Shown here in pieces: positions 20,076 to 27,928 of a stretch of DNA of 64,000 nt. Under the pieces are notes generated by a model. The model worked only from the letters and a program-made list of their open reading frames with translations. It had not been told where the DNA came from and did no database searches. The first letter of the stretch is position 1. Each line of letters opens with the position of its first letter. The DNA is from an uncultured Alphaproteobacteria bacterium (GTDB taxonomy: Bacteria; Pseudomonadota; Alphaproteobacteria; Kiloniellales; DSM-21159). Location of the stretch: positions 70,419 to 134,418 of the forward strand of contig CALNZX010000005.1 of NCBI GenBank assembly GCA_942491105.1. The letters run 5' to 3'. A program made the translations under genes and the position numbers.

Positions 20076-20924
20076 ATGAAACTGCTGCGTTACGGCCCCC
20101 AGGGTCAGGAAAAGCCTGCGCTTCTCGATGCCTCCGGGCAGCTGCGCGACCTCAGCGGCCTGATCGGCGACATCGACGCCGCCGCCCTTTCGAAGGCGGG
20201 TCTGGCGCGCCTGCGCGCGGCCGATCCCGAAAGCCTGCCGCTGGTGCCGGCGTCACAGCGCCTGGGCCCCTGCATCGCAGCCGGCGGCAGCTTTCTTGCG
20301 ATCGGTCTCAACTACCACGATCACGCCAAGGAAGCCGGGCTGCCGATTCCCGAGGAGCCGATCCTCTTCATGAAGGCGCCGAGCTGCATCTGCGGAGCCA
20401 ACGACGACGTGCTCCTGCCGCCGGGCTCTGAGAAACTCGATTGGGAGGTCGAGCTTGGCGTGGTGATCGGCGAAACCTGCCGCCATGTCGGCGAGGCCGA
20501 GGCGCTGGAGCATGTCGCGGGCTACTGCATCGTTAACGACGTCTCCGAGCGCGCCTATCAGATGGAACGCGGCGGTCAGTGGGTGAAGGGCAAGAGCTAC
20601 GACAGCTTCGGGCCGATCGGTCCCTATCTCGTCACCCGGGACGAAGTGCCCGACCCGCAGGACCTGGAAATGTTTCTCGACGTCAACGGCGCCCGAGTGC
20701 AGACGGGCCACACCGGCACCATGATCTTCGCGGTCGCCGAGATTGTCAGCTACCTCAGCCGTTTCATGACCCTGCGCCCGGGCGACCTGATCACCACCGG
20801 CACGCCGCCCGGCGTCGGCCTGGGCTTCAAGCCGCCGCGTTACCTGAAAGCGGGGGACGAGATGCACCTCGGCATCTCCGGCCTCGGCGAGCAGAAGCAG
20901 CGCGTGGTGGCCGAAAGTCTCTAA
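20076..20924 (+). CDS. Fumarylacetoacetate hydrolase (FAH) family protein
   Basis: 282 aa with the family motifs LDWEVELGVVIG, GKSYDSFGPIGP and ITTGTPPGVG. Confidence 0.85.
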   Translation: MKLLRYGPQGQEKPALLDASGQLRDLSGLIGDIDAAALSKAGLARLRAADPESLPLVPASQRLGPCIAAGGSFLAIGLNYHDHAKEAGLPIPEEPILFMKAPSCICGANDDVLLPPGSEKLDWEVELGVVIGETCRHVGEAEALEHVAGYCIVNDVSERAYQMERGGQWVKGKSYDSFGPIGPYLVTRDEVPDPQDLEMFLDVNGARVQTGHTGTMIFAVAEIVSYLSRFMTLRPGDLITTGTPPGVGLGFKPPRYLKAGDEMHLGISGLGEQKQRVVAESL

Positions 20925-20928
20925 CGGG

Positions 20929-20948
20929 CGCGGCCGCCGACGGCCGCG
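20929..20948. terminator. GC hairpin between convergent genes (bidirectional terminator candidate)
   Basis: CGCGGCCG-ccga-CGGCCGCG forms an 8-bp stem with a 4-nt loop. It sits between the FAH stop (20924) and the OYE stop (20954). There is no clear U-tract. Confidence 0.4.
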
Positions 20949-20953
20949 TAATC

Positions 20954-22072
20954 CTATTTACCCGGCGGCACGGGATTTCCCGGAACCGGCTCGCCCCGGA
21001 GCGACGGGTGAGCCCTCTGGTATTGCGGCGGAAAGGCCGCCTGCGCGCCCAGCGCCTGGGCCGCGTGCCACGGCCAGCGGGGATCGAACAGCATGCCGCG
21101 CGCCAGGGCGATCATATCGGCCTGGCCGCTGGTCAGGATGGTTTCCGCCTGCAGCGGTTCGGCGATGCTGCCGACAGCCATCACCGGGACGCCGCTGGCG
21201 CGGCGTATCTCCGCCGCGAAGCGGGTCTGATAGCCGGGACCGGAGACGATCTTCTGCGCGGGTGCGAGCCCGCCGCTGGAGACATCGATGTAGTCGCAGC
21301 CGCGCTCGCCCAAGGCCTGGGCGTAAACGATCGAGCTGTCGAGGTCCCAGCCGCCCTCGATCCAATCGCTGGCCGAGAAGCGCACGCCGAGCGGCCGGTC
21401 TTCCGGCCAAAGGGCGCGCACGGCCTCGAAGACCTCCAGAGGAAAGCGCATCCGGTTTTCGAGCGAGCCGCCGTAGGCGTCCTCGCGCCGGTTGCTGATC
21501 GGAGACAGAAACTGGTGCAGCAGGTAACCGTGGGCGCTGTGGACCTCGACGGTGTCGAAATCCGCGCGCAGCGCCCGCTCGGCGGCGGCGACGAAGGCGG
21601 CTTTCACGCGCTGCAAGCCGGTTTCGTCCAGTGCCTGCGGCTGATGCCAGTCGGGCCCATAGGGCAGCGCCGAAGGCCCATAGGTCTGCCAGCCGCCGCT
21701 ATCTTGCGGCAGCGGCTTGCCGCCTTGCCAGGGCAGGGCGGTCGACGCCTTGCGGCCGGCGTGGGCGAGCTGGATACCGATCCGCGCATTGCCGTAAGCG
21801 CGGAAGAACCGCACGACCCGTTGTAGCGCGGCCTCGTTCTCGTCCGAGTAGAGACCGACGCAGCCGGGCGTGATGCGTCCCGCGGCCTCGACGCCGGTGG
21901 CCTCCACGAAAACCAGGCCGGCGCCGGACACCGCGAACTGCCCCAGATGCATCAGATGCCAGTCGCCGACCGTCCCCTCCTGGGCGGAGTATTGGCACAT
22001 CGGCGCGACGACGATGCGGTTGGCAAGCTCCAGGGAGCGCAGGGCGATGGGCGTGAAGAGCTGTGAGGGCAT
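20954..22072 (-). CDS. NADH:flavin oxidoreductase / Old Yellow Enzyme family
   Basis: 372 aa with VVAPMCQYSA, HSAHGYLLHQFLSP and VRFSASDW. Confidence 0.85.
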   Translation of the reverse strand: MPSQLFTPIALRSLELANRIVVAPMCQYSAQEGTVGDWHLMHLGQFAVSGAGLVFVEATGVEAAGRITPGCVGLYSDENEAALQRVVRFFRAYGNARIGIQLAHAGRKASTALPWQGGKPLPQDSGGWQTYGPSALPYGPDWHQPQALDETGLQRVKAAFVAAAERALRADFDTVEVHSAHGYLLHQFLSPISNRREDAYGGSLENRMRFPLEVFEAVRALWPEDRPLGVRFSASDWIEGGWDLDSSIVYAQALGERGCDYIDVSSGGLAPAQKIVSGPGYQTRFAAEIRRASGVPVMAVGSIAEPLQAETILTSGQADMIALARGMLFDPRWPWHAAQALGAQAAFPPQYQRAHPSLRGEPVPGNPVPPGK

Positions 22073-22115
22073 GTTCAGGCTGGCTTTCGCGTAGGGGGAG
22101 AAGAGAGGTTCGATC

Positions 22116-22658
22116 CTAATCCGCCAGGCCGGGGCGGGCGCGCCGGACCTCGCGGTTGATGTAGGCGGCTATCACCGCTTTCAGGATATCGCCGGGAATA
22201 AAAATCAGCACGGCGGTCAGCGCCTTGAGCAGGCTCATCTCCGCGACGATCGCAAGGCCAACCACGCCGAAGGCATAGAGCACGAGGATGCCGCCGATGA
22301 CGCTGGCGATAACGCCGGCCAGCATGGGACCGCTGCGCAGACAGGTGCGGTAAAGCAGACCGATCACGATGGCGGCGACCGGCCAGCCGATCAGGAAGCC
22401 CACGGTGGGCCCGACGAAGACGCCGAGCCCGCCGCGTCCTCCCGCGAGCAGCGGCGCGCCCAGCGCGACCACCGCGATAAAGACGAGTATGGCGAGGGCG
22501 CCGCGCCAGGGGCCGAGGATCAAAGCGGCCAGCATCACCCCCAGGGTTTGCGCGGTAATCGGAACTCCGCCGGCCAGGGGTATCGTGATCTGGGGGATCA
22601 GCCCCAAGGCGGCGATCAAGGCGGCGAAGAGGGCCACGCGGGCCACGGTTTTTTCCAT
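22116..22658 (-). CDS. bioY: Biotin transporter S-component BioY
   Basis: 180 aa with 5-6 TM segments. VPITAQTLGVMLAALILGP is typical of BioY. It is the last gene of a bioM-bioN-bioY arrangement. Confidence 0.85.
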   Translation of the reverse strand: MEKTVARVALFAALIAALGLIPQITIPLAGGVPITAQTLGVMLAALILGPWRGALAILVFIAVVALGAPLLAGGRGGLGVFVGPTVGFLIGWPVAAIVIGLLYRTCLRSGPMLAGVIASVIGGILVLYAFGVVGLAIVAEMSLLKALTAVLIFIPGDILKAVIAAYINREVRRARPGLAD

Positions 22659-22660
22659 TG

Positions 22661-23254
22661 TTATCTCCTATCGAAGCCGCCGCGCGCGGCCAGGGCCTCG
22701 GCGGCATGGTCCGCGTCGTCCAACGCGGAGAGGATGAAAGGCACCACGAGCCGCCAACGCGGGCGGCGCGGGGAACGGGCATGCCAGGCCGCGCCCAGCA
22801 TCTGCCAGCGTTCCGCCAGCATCGGGGCGAAGCGCAGGGTCATGGTGATCGCAACGCTGAAAGGACGGGTTGGCACACCGGCCCAGCGCAGGGGCGCGAG
22901 CAGGCGGTCGAGCACGGCCAGCATCTCGGACAGCGCCGTCGCGGCGGAGACCAAGGTCGCGAGCAGGACCAGGATCCCGATCCGCAGGCAGACGGCGAGC
23001 CCGAGCATCCAGTCGCTGAGCAGTCCATGGGCGAGAAAGGCGAGCAGCAGCATCAGCCCGATGGGCCGGAGCGCGCGCAGCAATCCCAAGGCGCCCAGGC
23101 CGGCCAGCAGCGCCAGCACGCTGGCGAGGATCGCCGCGAGAACGCGCGGATCGCTGACCAGGAACAGGGCGATGCTGGATGCGGCGAGCAGCAGCAGCTT
23201 CAACCCCGCGGGCAAGCCGCGCAGCCAGGGGGTGTGGATGCTTAGGCCGACCAT
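22661..23254 (-). CDS. bioN: ECF transporter transmembrane (T) component, BioN/CbiQ family
   Basis: 197-aa membrane protein located between the BioM-like ATPase and BioY. It overlaps bioM by 13 nt. Confidence 0.75.
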   Translation of the reverse strand: MVGLSIHTPWLRGLPAGLKLLLLAASSIALFLVSDPRVLAAILASVLALLAGLGALGLLRALRPIGLMLLLAFLAHGLLSDWMLGLAVCLRIGILVLLATLVSAATALSEMLAVLDRLLAPLRWAGVPTRPFSVAITMTLRFAPMLAERWQMLGAAWHARSPRRPRWRLVVPFILSALDDADHAAEALAARGGFDRR

Positions 23255-23964
23255 GTCGCGGAGTCCCGTCCTTCGGCCTGCATGGTTTCGAAAAAGGCCG
23301 GCAGAACCCGCGCGGGCGGACCATCGTCGCGCAGCCTGCCGTCATCGATCCAGAGGACCCGCTCGAAAGCGGCAAGCATGTCCGGATCGTGGCTGATCAT
23401 GACGATCTGTTGGGGCAGCGGCGCGATGAAACGCTCCAGCCGCAGGCGGGTTGGAATGTCGAGACCGGTATAGGGCTCGTCCAACAGGATCACCCGCGGC
23501 CGCATTACCAGCACCGCGAGCAGGCAGACCAGGCGGCGCTGTCCCTCGGACAGCGTGGCGACGGCGCGGTCGCGCCAGGCGGCGATGCCATGGCTCTCCA
23601 TCAAGGCGAGGCTGTCCGCTTCGGCGTCGCGCGGCGCCACGCCGTTCTCCGTCAAACCGAAGGAGATTTCCTCCAGGACGCTGGGGCATAGGATTTGATG
23701 GTCGGAATTCTGAAACAGGAAGCCCGCGACGGAGAGCGATCCGAAATCGCGTTTGCTGGGGTCGATGCCATAGAGTTCGACCGTACCATGATCCGGTTTG
23801 ATCAGGCCCTTGATGACGCGGGCCAGGGTGGATTTTCCGGAGCCGTTGCGGCCAACGATTGCGATGCGGCGCTCCGTCAGATCGAGCGAGATGGCGTCGA
23901 GTATCGTCCTGTGGCCGCGCCGCAGGCTGACATCGCGTAGATGGATGCCCTCTGTCTCGTTCAT
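23242..23964 (-). CDS. bioM: ECF transporter ATPase BioM (CbiO/EcfA family)
   Basis: ORF 23242..24210. Start set at ATG 23964 (MNETEGIHLRDVSL...). Walker A GRNGSGKST, signature LSEGQRRL and Walker B ILLDEPYTGLD. The RBS spacing at this start is poor, so the start is uncertain. Confidence 0.8.
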   Translation of the reverse strand: MNETEGIHLRDVSLRRGHRTILDAISLDLTERRIAIVGRNGSGKSTLARVIKGLIKPDHGTVELYGIDPSKRDFGSLSVAGFLFQNSDHQILCPSVLEEISFGLTENGVAPRDAEADSLALMESHGIAAWRDRAVATLSEGQRRLVCLLAVLVMRPRVILLDEPYTGLDIPTRLRLERFIAPLPQQIVMISHDPDMLAAFERVLWIDDGRLRDDGPPARVLPAFFETMQAEGRDSATWSA

Positions 23965-24004
23965 GCTCCGCGCCGTTCCATATGCAGGCCGCTCCAGCCG
24001 ATAG

Positions 24005-24026
24005 GCGCCGCCGAATTCGGCGGCGC
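24005..24026. repeat. 22-bp perfect GC-rich palindrome GCGCCGCCGAATTCGGCGGCGC in the bioM upstream/leader region
   Basis: Read directly; the sequence equals its own reverse complement. It lies 41-62 nt upstream of the proposed bioM start. Confidence 0.6.
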
Positions 24027-24216
24027 GCCCAAGTCGCCGCGAGCGCAACCACGTTCGCCGAGCTTCGAGGCAGGCAGTTGAATACCGCAAAGCAGGCATC
24101 GGCGGAACAGGCTGCGTCCGCGCGGTTCCGCAGCTTGGGGCGATCGCAACTTCATCTGCACGCATCCAGTCCCCCCAGGAGAGGATTCCAGGCTTGCCGT
24201 AGCCGGGCAATGAAAG

Positions 24217-24229
24217 ATATATATGATAT
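24217..24229. promoter_or_regulatory. AT-rich 13-mer ATATATATGATAT in the bioM/biotin-carboxylase divergent region; its inverted copy is at 25722..25734
   Basis: It is the exact reverse complement of 25722..25734. It overlaps a possible TTGCCG(24194)-N17-ATATAT promoter for the biotin carboxylase gene. Confidence 0.4.
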
Positions 24230-24311
24230 AAAGGAACTCAGGTAAATCTCTTCAAACGCCGCCCATCGTTGCCAAAGGGCGGCCAGTTCGAACGACAGTA
24301 TTGGAGGAACC

Positions 24312-25682
24312 ATGGCTCTTCGCCGCATTCTGATCGCCAATCGGGGCGAGATCGCGCTTCGCATCATCCGCGCCTGCCGCGACCTTGGCATAGAATCCGT
24401 CCAGGCGCACTCCAGCGCCGATGCCGACACGCTGCCCGTACGGCTGGCGGACCGCGCGGTGGAGATTGGCGGTCCGCAGGCCGCGGAGAGCTATCTGAAG
24501 GCCGACACCCTGATCGCGGCGGCGCGCGACGCCGGCTGCGACGGCATCCATCCCGGCTATGGTTTCCTGTCCGAGAACGCCGACTTCGCCGATGCCTGCG
24601 CGGCGGCGGGCCTGGTTTTCATCGGCCCCAAGGGATCGGTGATCCGGGCGATGGGCGACAAGGCGGCGGCGCGCAGCCTGGCGATGCAGGCCGGGGTTCC
24701 CGTCACCCCCGGCTCGCGCGAGCCGGTGACCTCGCCGGAGGCCGCGCTGGAGGTCGCCAGGGAGGTCGGCTTTCCGCTGCTGATCAAGGCTTCGGCTGGC
24801 GGCGGCGGGCGCGGCATGCGCGTGGTCGAGGTGGAAGAGAAACTTCGCGAGACCCTGGAAAGCGCCGCCCACGAGGCAAAGGTCGCCTTCGGGGATGGCG
24901 GCGTCTACATCGAGAAGTATCTCTCCCAGGTGCGGCATGTTGAGGTGCAGGTCTTCGGCGACGGGCGGAAAACGCTGCATTTCGGGGAGCGCGACTGCAG
25001 CGTGCAACGCCGCCATCAGAAGCTGGTCGAGGAAAGCCCCTCGCCCGCGTTGACCGCGGCACTGCGCGACGAGATGACCGCGGCGGCCTGCGCGTTGGCC
25101 GACCAGGTGGCCTATCAAGGCGCCGGCACGGTGGAGTTCATCGTCGATGCCGCCACCCAGAGCTTCTACTTCATCGAGATGAACACCCGCATCCAGGTCG
25201 AGCACCCGGTGAGCGAGGAGGTCACCGGCTTCGATCTCGTCAGGCAGCAGATCCTGCTCGCCGGCGGAGAGGCCTTGACCATCGATCAGGACGACATCGT
25301 TCAGCGGGGGCACGCCATCGAATGCCGGATCAATGCCGAGGATCCCGAGAAGGGCTTCATGCCGAAGCCGGGCACGATCGAGGAGTTCATCCTGCCGGCC
25401 GGCCCCGGGGTGCGCGTGGATACCCATGTCTATCCCGGGTACAAGCTGCCGCCGTTCTACGACTCCCTGCTTGCCAAGGTGATCGTCCATGGCCGCACGC
25501 GGGAGGAAGCGCTGGCGCGGATGCGCCGGGCCCTGGGCGAGATGCGGGTGAGCGGCGTTCCGACGACGATCGCTTTCCATCAGAAGCTTCTAAACGATCC
25601 GGCTTTCCTCGAGGGCAGGGTGCATACCCGCTACCTGCGCGAGGAAATGTACGCCGGCCACCCCATGCAGCAGATGTTGTGA
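24312..25682 (+). CDS. Biotin carboxylase (AccC-type ATP-grasp subunit)
   Basis: 456 aa: MALRRILIANRGEIALRIIRACRDLGIESV..., GGGGRGMRVV and EMNTRIQVEHPV. This is the full-length AccC architecture. Confidence 0.9.
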   Translation: MALRRILIANRGEIALRIIRACRDLGIESVQAHSSADADTLPVRLADRAVEIGGPQAAESYLKADTLIAAARDAGCDGIHPGYGFLSENADFADACAAAGLVFIGPKGSVIRAMGDKAAARSLAMQAGVPVTPGSREPVTSPEAALEVAREVGFPLLIKASAGGGGRGMRVVEVEEKLRETLESAAHEAKVAFGDGGVYIEKYLSQVRHVEVQVFGDGRKTLHFGERDCSVQRRHQKLVEESPSPALTAALRDEMTAAACALADQVAYQGAGTVEFIVDAATQSFYFIEMNTRIQVEHPVSEEVTGFDLVRQQILLAGGEALTIDQDDIVQRGHAIECRINAEDPEKGFMPKPGTIEEFILPAGPGVRVDTHVYPGYKLPPFYDSLLAKVIVHGRTREEALARMRRALGEMRVSGVPTTIAFHQKLLNDPAFLEGRVHTRYLREEMYAGHPMQQML

Positions 25683-25700
25683 CCGGGCGTATTTGGGCGG

Positions 25701-25736
25701 TTGACGGCCCGATATGCTTCAATATCATATATATGA
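25701..25736 (+). promoter_or_regulatory. Promoter-like TTGACG-N16-TATCAT overlapped by the 12-bp palindrome TCATATATATGA
   Basis: TTGACG at 25701-25706, TATCAT at 25723-25728 and the palindrome at 25725-25736. It sits in the 146-nt gap between the biotin carboxylase and carrier genes. Confidence 0.45.
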
Positions 25737-25828
25737 CTTAGTTGTTATCCATCTGCAGGGCGCGCGTCCCGCGACGCGCTGCCGAAGCAGGCCCAAGCGG
25801 TCGAGTTATCAGTAGAAAGGGTATTCCG

Positions 25829-26374
25829 ATGTCTGGCCAAGCAGACCTGACACACGAAGACGTCCTGCGGATCCTGCGGATCGTCGATGAAGCCAAAGAC
25901 GTCGAGGTACTCGTCGAGTACGGCGGTATGAAGCTGCGGGTGCAGAAGGGCACGGCCGGGCAGGCCTCGGCCTTCGGATCTGCCTTCGAACCGGCGGCCG
26001 CCACGGCGCCAGCGCCCGCGGCGGCTGCCGCGGCTCCGGTTTCAACCGCGGCCGCCGCGGTCGAACCGGAAGCCCAGCCCGAAACCCCGGCAGCGCCAGC
26101 GGCTGCCAGCGGAGACGCTGCCTTGCCGCAGGGTGCCGTGGCGGTCCGGGCGCCGATCCTCGGACGCTTCTATCGTGCTTCCTCGCCGAGCGAGCCGCCC
26201 TTCGTCGAGGTCGGCAGCAAGGTCGGCTCCGACGATACCGTGGGGCTGATCGAGGTGATGAAGCTGTTCAACAACGTCAAGGCGGGGGTCAGCGGCACCA
26301 TTATCGAGATTCGCGCCGGCAACGAGGAGATGGTCGAGGACGACCAGGTGCTCTTCGTCGTGCAGCCAGAGTGA
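25829..26374 (+). CDS. Biotin carboxyl carrier protein (AccB-type)
   Basis: ORF 25742..26374. Start set at ATG 25829 (MSGQADL..., GAAAGG upstream). It has an Ala/Pro-rich linker and the biotinyl-lysine motif LIEVMKLFNNV. Confidence 0.85.
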   Translation: MSGQADLTHEDVLRILRIVDEAKDVEVLVEYGGMKLRVQKGTAGQASAFGSAFEPAAATAPAPAAAAAAPVSTAAAAVEPEAQPETPAAPAAASGDAALPQGAVAVRAPILGRFYRASSPSEPPFVEVGSKVGSDDTVGLIEVMKLFNNVKAGVSGTIIEIRAGNEEMVEDDQVLFVVQPE

Positions 26375-26396
26375 GCCGGCCGGGAGGGCAGAAACC

Positions 26397-27896
26397 ATGA
26401 CCGAGGCCGATAAGGTTCGCGCGCGCCGCGCCCGGGACGGGTCCGTCGGAATCATCGACACCACCTTGCGGGACGCCCAGCAGTGTCTCTGGACGACGCG
26501 CATGACGGCGGGAATGATGCTGCCGATCGCCGAGCAGATGGACCGCGCCGGGTTCGAGATGATCGACTTCATGGCGCCGGTGCAGTTCGACGTCTGCGTG
26601 CGCTATCTCAACGAAAACCCCTGGGAGAAGGCGCGGCTTCTCAAGCAGAAGTTCGCCAATACCCCACTGCGCAGCTATTGCCGCAGCAAAAGCCTGATCG
26701 GCTTCAGTCTCGCGCCCGACGATATGGTCGAGATGTGGATGGAGCGCCTGGCCGCCAACGGCTTCTCCGTAGTCGGAACCCTCGATGCCCTGTTCGATGT
26801 CGACAACATGGCGGTCAGTATTCGTCATGGCAAAAAGCTGGGTCTCTACACCGTCGGCGCGCTGGTCTTTAGCGAGAGCCCGGTGCACACCGACGAGGTC
26901 TATGCCAACACCGCCAAGGCGCTGATCGAACGCACCGACGTCGACGCGATCATGATCAAGGATTCCGGCGCCCTGCTGACGCCGGACCGCATCCGCACCC
27001 TGGTTCCCGCCTTGAAGGCGGTGATGGGCGGGCGGCCGCTGGAACTGCACAGCCACTGCAATACCGGTCTCGCGCCGCTGGTCTACCTGGAGGCCGCGAA
27101 GCTGGGGATCGACCAGCTCCACACCTCGATCGCGCCGCTGGCCAGCGGCCCGGCGCAGCCCTCGATCCAGAATACCCTGCGCAACCTGAGCTGCTCGGGT
27201 TTCGAGACCGGGGTGGATCGGGAATTGATCGGGCAGATCAGCGACTACCTGACCGATCTCGCGGCCCAGGAGGGTTTCCCCTCCGGCCAGCCGATGGAAT
27301 ACGACGTCTTCCACTATCACCATCAGATGCCCGGCGGCATGCTGAACAACTGGCGCTACCAGCTCCGCGAGCAGGGTCTGGAGCAGCATTTCGACGCAAT
27401 CCTCGAGGAAATCGTTCAGATCCGCGCCGAGCTCGGCTGGCCGATCATGGTGACGCCCTTCTCTCAGATCATCGCAGTGCAGGCGATGTTCAACGTCGTC
27501 GGCGGCACGCGCTACGCCAATGTTCCCGACGAGATCAAGCGCTACGCCCTGGGCCACTTCGGCAAGCTGCTGTCGCCGGTCGAACCGGAGATCCTCGACC
27601 GCATCGTCGAAAACGGCTCGCCGGCGATCCCCATCGAGCCGCAGCCCATGGCGCCGGGCCGGCCGGCCCTGGAGCGCGCCTACCCGAACCTCGACGATGA
27701 CGAGCGGATGCTCCGCTACATGTTCGCCGGCGGCGAGGTCGATGCGGTCAAGGCCGCCGGCCCGATCAAGACCACGGCCGTGTTGGGCAGCCCCGTCGAG
27801 AGCCTCCTCAAGGGGCTGCGGGACCGCGATTCGGTCACGCTCTTCGACGTCGAATACAAGAACGCCCGCGTCGCTCTGCGCCGGACGGCGTCTTAA
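26397..27896 (+). CDS. 5S-type carboxyltransferase (HMGL-like TIM barrel plus PYC_OADA domain; PycB/OadA-alpha-like) lacking a biotinyl domain
   Basis: 499 aa with IIDTTLRDAQQ, IMIKDSGALLTP, LHSHCNTG and PGGMLNNWRYQLREQG...VTPFSQIIAVQA. There is no MKM/MKL lysine motif at the C-terminus. Confidence 0.85.
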   Translation: MTEADKVRARRARDGSVGIIDTTLRDAQQCLWTTRMTAGMMLPIAEQMDRAGFEMIDFMAPVQFDVCVRYLNENPWEKARLLKQKFANTPLRSYCRSKSLIGFSLAPDDMVEMWMERLAANGFSVVGTLDALFDVDNMAVSIRHGKKLGLYTVGALVFSESPVHTDEVYANTAKALIERTDVDAIMIKDSGALLTPDRIRTLVPALKAVMGGRPLELHSHCNTGLAPLVYLEAAKLGIDQLHTSIAPLASGPAQPSIQNTLRNLSCSGFETGVDRELIGQISDYLTDLAAQEGFPSGQPMEYDVFHYHHQMPGGMLNNWRYQLREQGLEQHFDAILEEIVQIRAELGWPIMVTPFSQIIAVQAMFNVVGGTRYANVPDEIKRYALGHFGKLLSPVEPEILDRIVENGSPAIPIEPQPMAPGRPALERAYPNLDDDERMLRYMFAGGEVDAVKAAGPIKTTAVLGSPVESLLKGLRDRDSVTLFDVEYKNARVALRRTAS

Positions 27897-27928
27897 GGCG
27901 CGTGGATCACCAGAGGGAGGAAAAACAG

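Noticed and set aside
23965-24210. N-terminal extensions of ORF-track entries: bioM to 24210, GMC to 45625, 3-hydroxyacyl-CoA dehydrogenase to 56725, enoyl-CoA hydratase to 57444, and the binding protein from 467.
   Set aside because: The extensions are low-complexity and overlap neighbouring genes or intergenic signals. Family-typical N-termini (Rossmann GxGxxG, Walker A context, signal peptide) begin at internal ATGs, most of them with a plausible RBS.
23965-24311. A possible biotin-sensing riboswitch in the long bioM / biotin-carboxylase spacer.
   Set aside because: No biotin riboswitch class is known, and I cannot assess covariation from a single sequence. Apart from one palindrome and one hairpin there is no evidence for a conserved fold. 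It is kept only as a note in the findings.
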